Below are positions 30,219 to 39,062 of a stretch of DNA of 50,894 nt, piece by piece. The stretch is from contig JBDRRP010000006.1 of assembly GCA_043825735.1 (NCBI GenBank), positions 1-50,894 of the forward strand, in the 5' to 3' direction. This DNA comes from Pseudomonadota bacterium (GTDB lineage: Bacteria > Desulfobacterota > Desulfobacteria > Desulfobacterales > JBDRRP01). The translations under genes and the position numbers were made by a program. Under the pieces are notes generated by a model that saw only the letters and a program-made list of their open reading frames with translations, had not been told where the DNA came from and did not search any database. Position 1 is the first letter of the stretch, and every line of letters begins with the position of its first letter.

Positions 30219-30593
30219 CATGTTTTATCCGTAGATGGTTTCAACCCACCGGATGGCCTCTTTGTCGCACAGGAATGTTCTGCGGGCAAAAATACCTTCG
30301 ATCAATTTATCCTTGCCGATTATACAATCGACCGTTTAACAGGGAATTGTTAATTCCGACTGTTTAAGTTGCATTTCACTAACCAATGTCTTAGTTTTAG
30401 AATCAGCATTACGCCTCCCCAGTGGATAGGGGGGAGGCTACTCACCTCAAATTCCTTCCCTAAGCATAGAAGCATTTTATCCGCTTATCAGCAGTGGCTA
30501 TAGATGGGATGCTGACTTAGTCCTATGGAAACCATGTAGCCATTGTTAGATCACTTTATCCATCACAACCACAAATTCAGAGAGGAGCACTCG

Positions 30594-30980
30594 ATGAAGA
30601 TAGCCAAGGATGACATACCAGTCAAAATTAACGCACCGGGTGCGGTGGCACGACAAAAGACGAATTTCGGCGACGCGACCGGATATGGGAGGATTAGCGG
30701 TGAATACTTTTCTCTCGGCGCCGGTGCGGACATCTCGCCATTACTTGTGGGGTTGGAAGGAGATCTTTGCCAAAGTCCACACTGGGGTTATCTTCTGCAG
30801 GGGGGACTTACCGTTACCTACGCAGATGGCAACCAAGAAATGGTAAGCGGCGGCGACCTGTTTTACTGGCCGCCCGGTCACACGGTCAAAGTCGGCCAAG
30901 ATGCCGAGGTCATTTTGTTCAGCCCGCAGGACGAGCATAGTAAGGTCATCAATCACATGCTGGGAAAGATGGGCACCTAA
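30594..30980 (+). CDS. Cupin domain protein
   Basis: CQSPHWGYLLQG...GDLFYWPPGH; RBS GAGGAG before the ATG at 30594. Confidence 0.85.
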   Translation: MKIAKDDIPVKINAPGAVARQKTNFGDATGYGRISGEYFSLGAGADISPLLVGLEGDLCQSPHWGYLLQGGLTVTYADGNQEMVSGGDLFYWPPGHTVKVGQDAEVILFSPQDEHSKVINHMLGKMGT

Positions 30981-31035
30981 AAGGTGCCAATCTGCAAAAT
31001 CCATGTGATTTCGGGATATTGGTAGGATCGGCAAA

Positions 31036-31279
31036 TTCTAAGCCGGGGCGGGGCATCCCTTCCCCGGTTTTTTCGTATAATTAGAAGGCGACTCCCAGCC
31101 GCCGGCCGGCGACCTATAAGGGCTCTCTGTGGGGGAACGATGGCAAACCAAAAACAGACTATGGGGCCGTTTAGGTAGGTCCCACCTTGATATTAATCTA
31201 AGGCTCTGGAAGACTGAGTAATACCTGACTCATTCCAACAGTTTTTAAATGATTCCAGAATATTACATTCGGTTGCATA
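31036..31279. repeat. Inter-cargo repeat copy F
   Basis: Hairpin as in copy E; ACCTTGAT...AGACTGAGTAATACC; CATTCC at 31231; GATTCCAGAATATTAC at 31251. Confidence 0.85.
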
Positions 31280-31282
31280 GTC

Positions 31283-31375
31283 CTCGGTCACAAAGATGTC
31301 AAATCGACGATGATCTATGCCCATGCCTTCAATCGTGGGTCATCCGGCGTACGGAATCCTGTGGACGGTCTTTGA
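31283..31375 (+). pseudogene. intI: 3'-terminal fragment of an integron integrase
   Basis: Translates to LGHKDVKSTMIYAHAFNRGSSGVRNPVDGL*, matching the IntI C-terminus LGHxDVxTTMIYTHVLNRGxxGVxSPLD. Confidence 0.8.
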
Positions 31376-31573
31376 GAGGCGTCTTATAACGACCCGCATA
31401 ACACGCCGATCTAAATTGACCGACCAATAAAAATGCTTTGAGTCACAAGGGGTTAAGTCAATTTCTGTAGAGTTTCTGAAGGTGCCTTATACGGACAGAA
31501 ACGAAAAATTCCGCATCTTATGCGGGTCCATCTATTTATTGTTAGGCCATAGAAGTACAGAGAGGAGAGCACG

Positions 31574-31918
31574 ATGAGCAACAAACAGGTGGCACCTGAG
31601 ACCAAAGGGATTACGGTGAAGTTGCTTGCAACTATGGACCTTGGCCTTGAGATTGAGGGCATGGTAGGACGCCAATTCCGAATGCGCATGTTCACCTTCG
31701 AACCCGGAGCCGTCTTCGGCCCGATTCACGACCATAAAGACAGACCGGGCATTGTCTATATACTACAAGGAACGATCACTGACCATCGAGATGGAGTCGC
31801 GACGGACTATGGGCCGGGGGTAGGCTGGCCCGAGGACCGGAACACGACACACTGGCTTGAGAACAGAGGAACGGTTCCTGCGGTGGAGATTTCGGTCGAC
31901 ATAGTTAGGCAAGAATAA
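31574..31918 (+). CDS. Cupin domain protein (probable integron cassette gene)
   Basis: HDHKDRPGIVYILQG...THWLEN; RBS GAGGAG; followed by an attC. Confidence 0.85.
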   Translation: MSNKQVAPETKGITVKLLATMDLGLEIEGMVGRQFRMRMFTFEPGAVFGPIHDHKDRPGIVYILQGTITDHRDGVATDYGPGVGWPEDRNTTHWLENRGTVPAVEISVDIVRQE

Positions 31919-31946
31919 GTTCAGGCCCAACATTAAACACGGTTGC

Positions 31947-32020
31947 GCCTAACAAGGCAAATTAACTCGGATGCAAATTCCGCTGCGCTCCATTTGCACC
32001 GGTAATTTGCAACGTTACAA
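31947..32020 (+). other. attC site
   Basis: R'' GCCTAAC, inner complementary pairs GCAAATTA/TAATTTGC and TGCAAAT/ATTTGCA, R' GTTACAA; 74 bp. Confidence 0.75.
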
Positions 32021-32074
32021 ACCGTGCATTCCGCCTATCATTGGTCTATGCCGGTCGATGCGCTTCAATAGACC

Positions 32075-32096
32075 AATATCTGACTCATTCCAACGG
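32075..32096. repeat. Inter-cargo repeat copy G (partial)
   Basis: AATATCTGACTCATTCCAAC, 19/20 identical to 31220-31239. Confidence 0.7.
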
Positions 32097-32212
32097 TGCA
32101 CAGTTTTGTGTGCATCCTGCCCAAATTCCGGTGCATCGCACCGGGTAACATACATGTCCATCCACCCCGCGATAATTGAAAATCGAGGTGCTCGAAATAT
32201 GCTTTGATTCCT

Positions 32213-32302
32213 TAACTAACTGTCAAATTGGTTATGTAACTATCTGAAAAGAAACGTATAGATAAATACTAACGGAAAAAATACCGTCGGATATACCGTC
32301 GG
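32213..32302. repeat. Putative integrase arm-type sites downstream of int
   Basis: TAACTAACTGT at 32213; ATACCGTCGG at 32281 and 32293. Confidence 0.65.
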
Positions 32303-32336
32303 CGTCTTTCTCTTTCCGCCTTCATCTGCACAATTA

Positions 32337-33443
32337 TCACTTAGCAACCATCCCTGACTTCCGGAATCTTTCAATTATAGCATCGGCGATTTCTGTGGCG
32401 CCCGTTTGTTGGGTAGGGGCTGGTTTTGACAGACCATGAATAATCTCCCCCTGGCGTGCGCAAGATACCTCGCCGTAGCTTAGAAAGGTGGTCAACACCT
32501 TTTCATGTCCCAGGTTCTGGCTCCAGGCCTTGAACTGTTCAGGCGTCCTGCAGACCTTCTGACCGAGTTGAACAAGGGTATTTCGAAAACTGTGAGGGTT
32601 GAAATACGGCAGCCCGGCGCAGGCAAAAGCTTCTCGGAACATTGTTCGGATGGGCGTGGCGTTGCTCCAGTGAACCCTTTTCAATCCCGCGGCCTCGAAC
32701 TGGCGCGTAGCTCCCTGGCAGATTAATGTGGCCGGAAACAGCGGGTCATCATTGCCCCACAGTTTTTCATCCCGAAGATAGGACACCCAGTCGGAGAATA
32801 TTTCGAGCGGTTCGTCACCCACGGGGAAAAAATATGTCACAAAGGTCTTGCTGAACTTCGTTTCAACCTCCCGCGCATCCTGGTGAACGCATCCGGCGGC
32901 CAGGTTGACATGCTTGAGCTTCAGCGAGGCGATGGCGCGGTCCCTGGCTCCGGACAAAAGGGTGAATGCCATCAAAGCACGATTTCGGCACTCGATCTCG
33001 GTGCCGGCCGGCATCGTGCTGATCACATGCCTGATCTGCTCCGGGGTGGGGACCTGTTGTTGCCGTTTTGCAGTGGCGATCCGGGTGTCCTTGTCCGACA
33101 AGTTGAAATATTCGGCATCCGAATACTGAAACCGTGACTTGTAGCCCGGCTGCCATGCCAGCCACTGGAAAAACCGCTTGAGCTGTGTGAGGGTCGCATG
33201 CAGGGTCGCCTTGCTGAGCTTTTTTCCTGACCGCTGGCCCCTTTGCTCGGCAAGATGTTTCTTGAAGGCCACGGCCTGCTGGAAATGAAAGGCCTTGAAA
33301 TCTCGATACCGGGTATATGCCTCAAAGCGGCTAAGGGCCTTCGCGGCCGCATCGACTGTTGGCTCGCTGTGGCGCTTGGCCTCCTTCAGGAAGGCGAAGT
33401 ATTTGCGCTTGATGCGCTCATTGGTCGGGTTGTGTTTTTTCAT
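32337..33443 (-). CDS. Tyrosine recombinase/integrase
   Basis: SGARD (R), TKFSK, HSFR, LGHE and FLSY catalytic set. Confidence 0.92.
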   Translation of the reverse strand: MKKHNPTNERIKRKYFAFLKEAKRHSEPTVDAAAKALSRFEAYTRYRDFKAFHFQQAVAFKKHLAEQRGQRSGKKLSKATLHATLTQLKRFFQWLAWQPGYKSRFQYSDAEYFNLSDKDTRIATAKRQQQVPTPEQIRHVISTMPAGTEIECRNRALMAFTLLSGARDRAIASLKLKHVNLAAGCVHQDAREVETKFSKTFVTYFFPVGDEPLEIFSDWVSYLRDEKLWGNDDPLFPATLICQGATRQFEAAGLKRVHWSNATPIRTMFREAFACAGLPYFNPHSFRNTLVQLGQKVCRTPEQFKAWSQNLGHEKVLTTFLSYGEVSCARQGEIIHGLSKPAPTQQTGATEIADAIIERFRKSGMVAK

Positions 33444-33928
33444 GGTCGGATATCCCCTTTGTTGAAGTCACTGTTTACGGTAGGGTTGACCCTATCAATT
33501 ATGTGTCGCAGTGCTTCCGGGAAGCTGATGTCTATTTTCCCAAGGATTTGATCTATTTTATCCAGACTGACGTGTCGGTTCATGATGACATCGCAGTCGG
33601 GGCAAATTGCAACGAGATTGCCGATTTTATCGGTGATAGCGACATAATCCGCCATGTCGCCGGCCGGCCTTTTAGGCGCGCGGCAGCGCACGCAGTACAG
33701 CTCCCCCGGTTTGCACTTCTGTTTGTTCTTAGTTCGGCGGGCTTTCAGAAAGTCCACTATGACGAGACCGAGAATGAGCATGGGGCGCTTGTCGTCGACA
33801 GTGGCGAGTCCACCCTTTACCCAGTGACGCACGGTGTTTTTGTGGACGCCGAACAGCGTGGCGATCTCCTCCACTGTGTAGCTACGGTGGATTTTAACCA
33901 GACGGTGGTTGGGTTGACGTCTTTTCAT
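33440..33928 (-). CDS. Excisionase-type HTH protein with Cys4 Zn-ribbon
   Basis: YTVEEIATLFGVHKNTVRHW; CVRC...CPDC. Confidence 0.8.
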   Translation of the reverse strand: MKRRQPNHRLVKIHRSYTVEEIATLFGVHKNTVRHWVKGGLATVDDKRPMLILGLVIVDFLKARRTKNKQKCKPGELYCVRCRAPKRPAGDMADYVAITDKIGNLVAICPDCDVIMNRHVSLDKIDQILGKIDISFPEALRHIIDRVNPTVNSDFNKGDIRP

Positions 33929-33931
33929 TGC

Positions 33932-36523
33932 CTATCCAAACAGTGAAAGTTGCCTGTCATGATCGTGGCCGAAATCATCCTTGATCTGGCTCGAAGCTTT
34001 GACAGTTTTTCCTTTTGACGGAGTGGAAACCGGTAAAACCGGCGAAACCGATTCCAGCACTTCAACTTGCCAGGCCTCCGCCGAACGGTTGCCGCTGGAA
34101 CGAACAAAGCGCATGCCATCGACGATTTGACCGACATGCCGCTTGATCCACCAGCCCAGCTTGCGGCGGTTGATTTGACCGTGCTCTTCGGCGATGTCCC
34201 GCAGCACCTCGCCCAAAACCTGGTGCTCCTGCGAGTTACCCTCCACGAGCTTCACGGCATCTCGCACCATGCCTGGTCCCTTCCCGAATGTGGCCTGCCA
34301 GGCCCTGAGCAGCCGCCCTAGCGTCTCCCGGTCTGGATCGTCCGCCATGGCCTCGAACACCGACACCGCAGGGTCCGGACACCCGAACCATAGGAGCGGC
34401 TGCCGGCACAACTCCGACCAGTCGGCAAAACCCGCCAGCGCCCTGCACGTGGTCAGCGGTCGGCCGGCGGAAATCCAGGCCCGCACGATCGTCAAGGCGG
34501 CGGATACATATCGGCCCCGATCCTGGAGCACCTCCCTCACCAGATCGGGCCTTTTGAAATTTCGGGCCGCGGGTGTCTCGCAGCCGGGGTTGAGCCGGAT
34601 GGTTATGCATCGACGGGTCATGTCCTTGACCGGGCCAACATTGTTGCCACTGGAGAGAAAAAGAACCCGGGTGCCGACGGTGGCGGTTTTGGAAACCCCC
34701 AGGATACGCCCGCTCATGAACTCACTGCTCAAGACCGTGCACAGGCTTTTGTGGGCCAACAGGTCACTGGTGAGGTTGTCGAACTCGATCACTGCCGGCG
34801 CCTGCAACAGCCCCGCCAGCAGCATCTTACGGCACTCCTCGTCGTCAGAGGGAAAGGTGGTCGGGGTCGCCCGCTGGGGAGTGGCAAAGGCCGTCATCAG
34901 CGTGCACAGGTAGGACTTGCCGGAGCCGACCATGTGTGCGCGAACGTGGAACATCGGTGCATGGGCGAGACTCGGTCGCACCGAGGCGGTGAGTATCCCC
35001 ATCAAAGCCGCGGCCAGGTCTGATGTGCCGGCAAAGAAGAACTCCGTAAACAGGTTTTTCAGCAGGTCCAGGGCGTCCTGAGCCTGCCTGCGAGTCGGGG
35101 ATTCGGGAATATCAAAGTCCCGCGCATCGAATACGCCGAACATCCCGGTGGCTGGGTCATACCCCGCAGCCGCAACCAGACTGCCGTCGGGGCGCAGGTA
35201 GGGCTGGCGCGCCAGTCCGTTTAGCACCGGCAGGTGCGGATAGCTGGGCGCATCAAACAGAACGCCGGCATGACGGGCCGGCGGGTCAATCCGCACCCAG
35301 TCCCGGCTGCGGCCGTCAAAGCGCTCCCAGGTTGCGGCACCAGCCAATACCCTGACCAGGGCCGGCTGACTGATCTCTTGCACACGGGTTTCGCGGGTGC
35401 CTGGGTCCGTGACCACGTTCACGATCAACCCGCCTCGCTGGTAGTGCCGCCGTGACTTCGCCAGTTCGCGTTCGGCCGCATCCACCACGCAGTGCAGTTC
35501 TCCAGGCACAACCCGGATAACCGGTTTCATCCGCGCCGCACTGCGCTCGACGCCAAGCAACGATAAAAGGTCGCTGATATGCCGGTTGGCACAGTGGCCA
35601 TGGTGGCATTTGAAGCCCCCAATGGGCCAGAGGTCGTCAGGCTCGAAATATGCCGTGCCAGCATCCACCTGCTCTGTATGCTCATGCACCCAGGGACAGG
35701 TGATGTCATGCCTGCCTTCGCCAAGCGGCTTTTTGTAAAGGCCGCATTTCTTCAGATTGACCAAAACGGCGTTTTCATTCGGTGGTGGTATCCACACCGG
35801 GTCACCGTCAGCCGGTTGCCCTGGCGAAACGCGTGTGCTCTCCTTTCCCCTTCGGCCGGCCGGCGCCATTTCCAGCTGAAGCCCCTTTGCCAGGTCTTCA
35901 ACCGAGTAGTGAAGCTCTGGGGACCATTCCATCAGGCGGCAAACAAATGGAGGAGAGTGCTTGCCGTTGGCCCCTCGCGGCAGCCGGGCCAGGCGGGTTC
36001 TCGGCCCGCCGGCCCCGGGGTCGCACAGGCCGGCAGACACGATGGCGTTCATCAGTCGGTCGGCTGCTAGGCCATCTACAAGGGGTTCGCGCAGCAGATA
36101 CCCGGCCTGGTAGTTTTCCGGGGATGTCTCAAGCAGCCACGATGGTTCCAGGGTCAGCCGCTCCAGGGGAACCTTGCTGCCCACATCGTCGAGCATGACC
36201 GCGTGCAGGGCCCGGAAATGCTTTTTCTGCCGTCGATATTCCCCATCCTCACCAGGTTCAAATACCGATAGGCTGAAGTAGTTGTTGGCATCAGACGGTA
36301 AATCGGCAGCCCGGACGCTGATCCCGTGCCACGATCTACCAGCCCAGGCCTTGCTCGGCACAGTGGCGGGGTTGCCTTTGAAGCTGACTACCACCGGCAA
36401 CGACCCAGCAGTCTCATGGCCGAAGACCGCCAGCAGGAAATCATTGTTGCCGACGACATCGGTTTCATCGGTTTTTCCGGTTTCTTCCGGATTGGATCGA
36501 AAAACTGTCATGTCAGATTTCAT
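33932..36523 (-). CDS. Replication protein: RepB'-type primase, Zn finger and P-loop helicase-like domain
   Basis: MLDDVG and ETSPENYQ; CPWVHEH...CHHGHC; GSGKSYL and FDN. ATG at 36523 overlaps the alpA stop. Confidence 0.8.
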   Translation of the reverse strand: MKSDMTVFRSNPEETGKTDETDVVGNNDFLLAVFGHETAGSLPVVVSFKGNPATVPSKAWAGRSWHGISVRAADLPSDANNYFSLSVFEPGEDGEYRRQKKHFRALHAVMLDDVGSKVPLERLTLEPSWLLETSPENYQAGYLLREPLVDGLAADRLMNAIVSAGLCDPGAGGPRTRLARLPRGANGKHSPPFVCRLMEWSPELHYSVEDLAKGLQLEMAPAGRRGKESTRVSPGQPADGDPVWIPPPNENAVLVNLKKCGLYKKPLGEGRHDITCPWVHEHTEQVDAGTAYFEPDDLWPIGGFKCHHGHCANRHISDLLSLLGVERSAARMKPVIRVVPGELHCVVDAAERELAKSRRHYQRGGLIVNVVTDPGTRETRVQEISQPALVRVLAGAATWERFDGRSRDWVRIDPPARHAGVLFDAPSYPHLPVLNGLARQPYLRPDGSLVAAAGYDPATGMFGVFDARDFDIPESPTRRQAQDALDLLKNLFTEFFFAGTSDLAAALMGILTASVRPSLAHAPMFHVRAHMVGSGKSYLCTLMTAFATPQRATPTTFPSDDEECRKMLLAGLLQAPAVIEFDNLTSDLLAHKSLCTVLSSEFMSGRILGVSKTATVGTRVLFLSSGNNVGPVKDMTRRCITIRLNPGCETPAARNFKRPDLVREVLQDRGRYVSAALTIVRAWISAGRPLTTCRALAGFADWSELCRQPLLWFGCPDPAVSVFEAMADDPDRETLGRLLRAWQATFGKGPGMVRDAVKLVEGNSQEHQVLGEVLRDIAEEHGQINRRKLGWWIKRHVGQIVDGMRFVRSSGNRSAEAWQVEVLESVSPVLPVSTPSKGKTVKASSQIKDDFGHDHDRQLSLFG

Positions 36524-36777
36524 AACTGCGCCCATCGCATGGCATTCTTTCTAGTTGCTTCCAGCGTTGACACCAACTCGCGGATTTCATCATCTGACTT
36601 GCCGGCGATGCGTGCCGCATTGAGAGTCTCCACCTCATTGGATGGCCAGCCGACCGCCCGCGCGCCAAGTGGCACAGGTCTTGTCCAAAGTCCTTGCTCA
36701 ATCCGCAGGTAGATGGTGGAGCGTGAAAGGCCAGATTCTCGCTTTACGTCGGGCATTCTAAGAATAGTGCGCTTCAT
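36520..36777 (-). CDS. alpA: AlpA family phage regulatory protein
   Basis: ILRMPDVKRESGLSRSTIYLRI...PVPLGARAVGW; RBS GGAGG. Confidence 0.9.
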   Translation of the reverse strand: MKRTILRMPDVKRESGLSRSTIYLRIEQGLWTRPVPLGARAVGWPSNEVETLNAARIAGKSDDEIRELVSTLEATRKNAMRWAQL

Positions 36778-36805
36778 TTCTCTACCTCCATTGCCTCAAT
36801 TCGAA

Positions 36806-36852
36806 TAAAAAACCCCCGAGAGACTGGCCCGGCGAAAGGCTCTCTCGGGGGT
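36806..36852 (-). terminator. Intrinsic terminator/attenuator upstream of alpA
   Basis: ACCCCCGAGAGA...TCTCTCGGGGGT stem with a T run on the minus strand. Confidence 0.7.
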
Positions 36853-36971
36853 GCTTCAACGCATTAAGGGCGTTGTTGCCTGAATCGGATGGTCGCCGGA
36901 CCAAGCCTACACTTGGGTGGCGCTACATCCGGCATTGCAGATGCTACAAATCGCGTAGCATCTGGAAAAAA

Positions 36972-39062
36972 TCAGCTATTTTGAGTGGGTGTTGAGGACC
37001 AGGTTAAGCCGTCACGAGGCACATAGCTCAACGTGTGACCTAAGTTCAGGATGGGTTTTTGAAGATGATCTGAAAGCGGTCTGTCATATTGTTTGATTTT
37101 TCCTAGAGCACGGCGAATCGCATTGCCGACTCGATTCCTGACCTTATTACGGTCATCACCGAGTTTGCGAATTACGCCGCCGGGCCCCTTGGCATTTTCC
37201 AGTTCTGATTCTATCCATCCTTTTTCGGATAACAACGAGTCAACCTTGCCAAGATCATTATCAGCTCGGGCATTTTCAAGTTGCCCCTCAATCTCTTGCA
37301 GCCTGGTGTGGTATGAACGGACGGCATCTTCATCTATCACAGGGCCTGCATCCGTCTGCCCAAGAACACTTGCCGCCTCTTCAGTAGGGGTTTCTCCGGC
37401 AGAGACTGACCCGCAAAGTTCGTTTTTGGTCATCCGTCTTGCCATGACATCAAGTTCCGATGCCGAAAAAGTCTCGGCCGGATTCTCTAAAAGGATTTGA
37501 AGGTGGGTAAAACCGATGTCTGGGGTGTAAATCTTTTCTTCATTGCCATCGTATCGAATCGCCCAGCACTGCCCCTTGGTACAAATATAGTTGTCTGCCA
37601 ATTCACAAACAGGTTCAGGATCTGAAACTTCCGGACCTGCTTGCACGCCACTAGAATCGCAAACCAACCGAAGAAGACAGCTTGAAGGCAATTGCCGCTT
37701 TCGGATCGCACTCCGGTTCTGGGCTATGGCATCATCTACAACCTTTGTGACGAACTTGGCATGCCGGCGATGCAATTCATATATTTGCAGCCCAATGGTG
37801 TCTGGCGAGCCGTTGAGATGTTTGAGAACCCGTGCGGCCTCACCATACCGTCCAAAAAAATCCAGAGCGGTCAAATCTGCGAGTTCATTTGCTGTTTCCA
37901 CATAAGCCGCCAACATTGCTTTCGGTTCGCCTTTTTTCCGTTCACCAACCAACAGATCAACACCGTAGGCTTCTTTTGGATCATGCTTTCCAGCATCTGC
38001 GGCAAGTATCGCAAACCTCCGGTCAATGCACTGAGAACATGTTCCGCAATGGGTGTGGAGCTTAGTCATTTCCCATGTGTGAGTACAGGACGTTGCAAAT
38101 TTTATGGTATCTGCGCAATCTGCTTTGACGATGTCATTTATGACTTCTGTCTTTGTTTTCCAAAGAAAAGGATTCTCTACGGTGAAGGGTTTTCCGGACA
38201 ACGTAGAGAAAATATCTGCGAAGCCATTGATGACTTGCGGATGGGTTGTTCGCGTAGCCCTTGCCCCCACGACCTGCGCTGATAGAGGAAGATTGAAACT
38301 GATAATTCCGTTTTCATAAAACCGAATTCTATGGAGATTGAACATTTGAGCTACCGTTGCACCTAGGGCAGCATATAAAAATGATCGACTTCGCTGGGTG
38401 TATTCTCGCCCGAGAAATTTTTTCTTGTTAATAGTGATGGGGATATGCAGGGGCTTGTGAGCCGCTGCTGATGATAAAAGTTCCAGCAGTTTTCTATGCC
38501 GTCGATTCAGCTTATGCGTCGGTTTATGAGTGACCATTACGATTTTTCGTGAATTCGCCACGGCCTCTTCAACAGCCCCTCCAAGGGAATCGAGCCCTCC
38601 GGAAAACAGCATGACTTCCTCCGGCGGATCTGCACCGAACTCCAGATAGGTTTGGTTCGGTGGCTGTTTCTCCAATTTCACAAAATCGAAATGATACTCA
38701 TCCTCTGAAAGGAAGCTGAGGGTTTCGATCAACAGGTCTTTCAGTGGTGAAGAATTCCACAAGTCAGGATTCCTGACTGCGATTCTGAAAAACATTCTCC
38801 GCCGCCAGTTTTCCCCGAAATTGTCAACACCGTCGCCACCTCTCGTGACGGCTTGATCCGCGCAGTATACATAGGTCGCGATCTCGACTAAATCATGAAA
38901 CTGGGATGGAATATTTTTAAGGAGTTGGCTGTTGATGTCTTTAATGCGCAAGGACACATTCTCCCCCCTGCCCCATAAATGCAAAGAAATAGGCTTCTTC
39001 TCATCGAATAGGAGAGCGTCCCGGGTGACATCGCCACAAAGAATTGAGCGCTCATTAGCCAT
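36972..39062 (-). CDS. QueC-like (QatC-like) PP-loop protein with C-terminal extension
   Basis: LFSGGLDS, QRSRSF, TRTTHP, ENPFLWKTK, SC...HCGTCSQCIDRR; RBS AAGGAG before the ATG at 39062. Confidence 0.85.
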   Translation of the reverse strand: MANERSILCGDVTRDALLFDEKKPISLHLWGRGENVSLRIKDINSQLLKNIPSQFHDLVEIATYVYCADQAVTRGGDGVDNFGENWRRRMFFRIAVRNPDLWNSSPLKDLLIETLSFLSEDEYHFDFVKLEKQPPNQTYLEFGADPPEEVMLFSGGLDSLGGAVEEAVANSRKIVMVTHKPTHKLNRRHRKLLELLSSAAAHKPLHIPITINKKKFLGREYTQRSRSFLYAALGATVAQMFNLHRIRFYENGIISFNLPLSAQVVGARATRTTHPQVINGFADIFSTLSGKPFTVENPFLWKTKTEVINDIVKADCADTIKFATSCTHTWEMTKLHTHCGTCSQCIDRRFAILAADAGKHDPKEAYGVDLLVGERKKGEPKAMLAAYVETANELADLTALDFFGRYGEAARVLKHLNGSPDTIGLQIYELHRRHAKFVTKVVDDAIAQNRSAIRKRQLPSSCLLRLVCDSSGVQAGPEVSDPEPVCELADNYICTKGQCWAIRYDGNEEKIYTPDIGFTHLQILLENPAETFSASELDVMARRMTKNELCGSVSAGETPTEEAASVLGQTDAGPVIDEDAVRSYHTRLQEIEGQLENARADNDLGKVDSLLSEKGWIESELENAKGPGGVIRKLGDDRNKVRNRVGNAIRRALGKIKQYDRPLSDHLQKPILNLGHTLSYVPRDGLTWSSTPTQNS

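Noticed and set aside
31391..31418. dif-like site (GACCCGCATAA resembles an XerC arm)
   Set aside because: No XerD arm at 6-bp spacing.
36972..39062. Housekeeping queC or a dpd DNA-modification cluster
   Set aside because: About three times the length of QueC, and no queD/queE/queF/dpdA genes are in the window.
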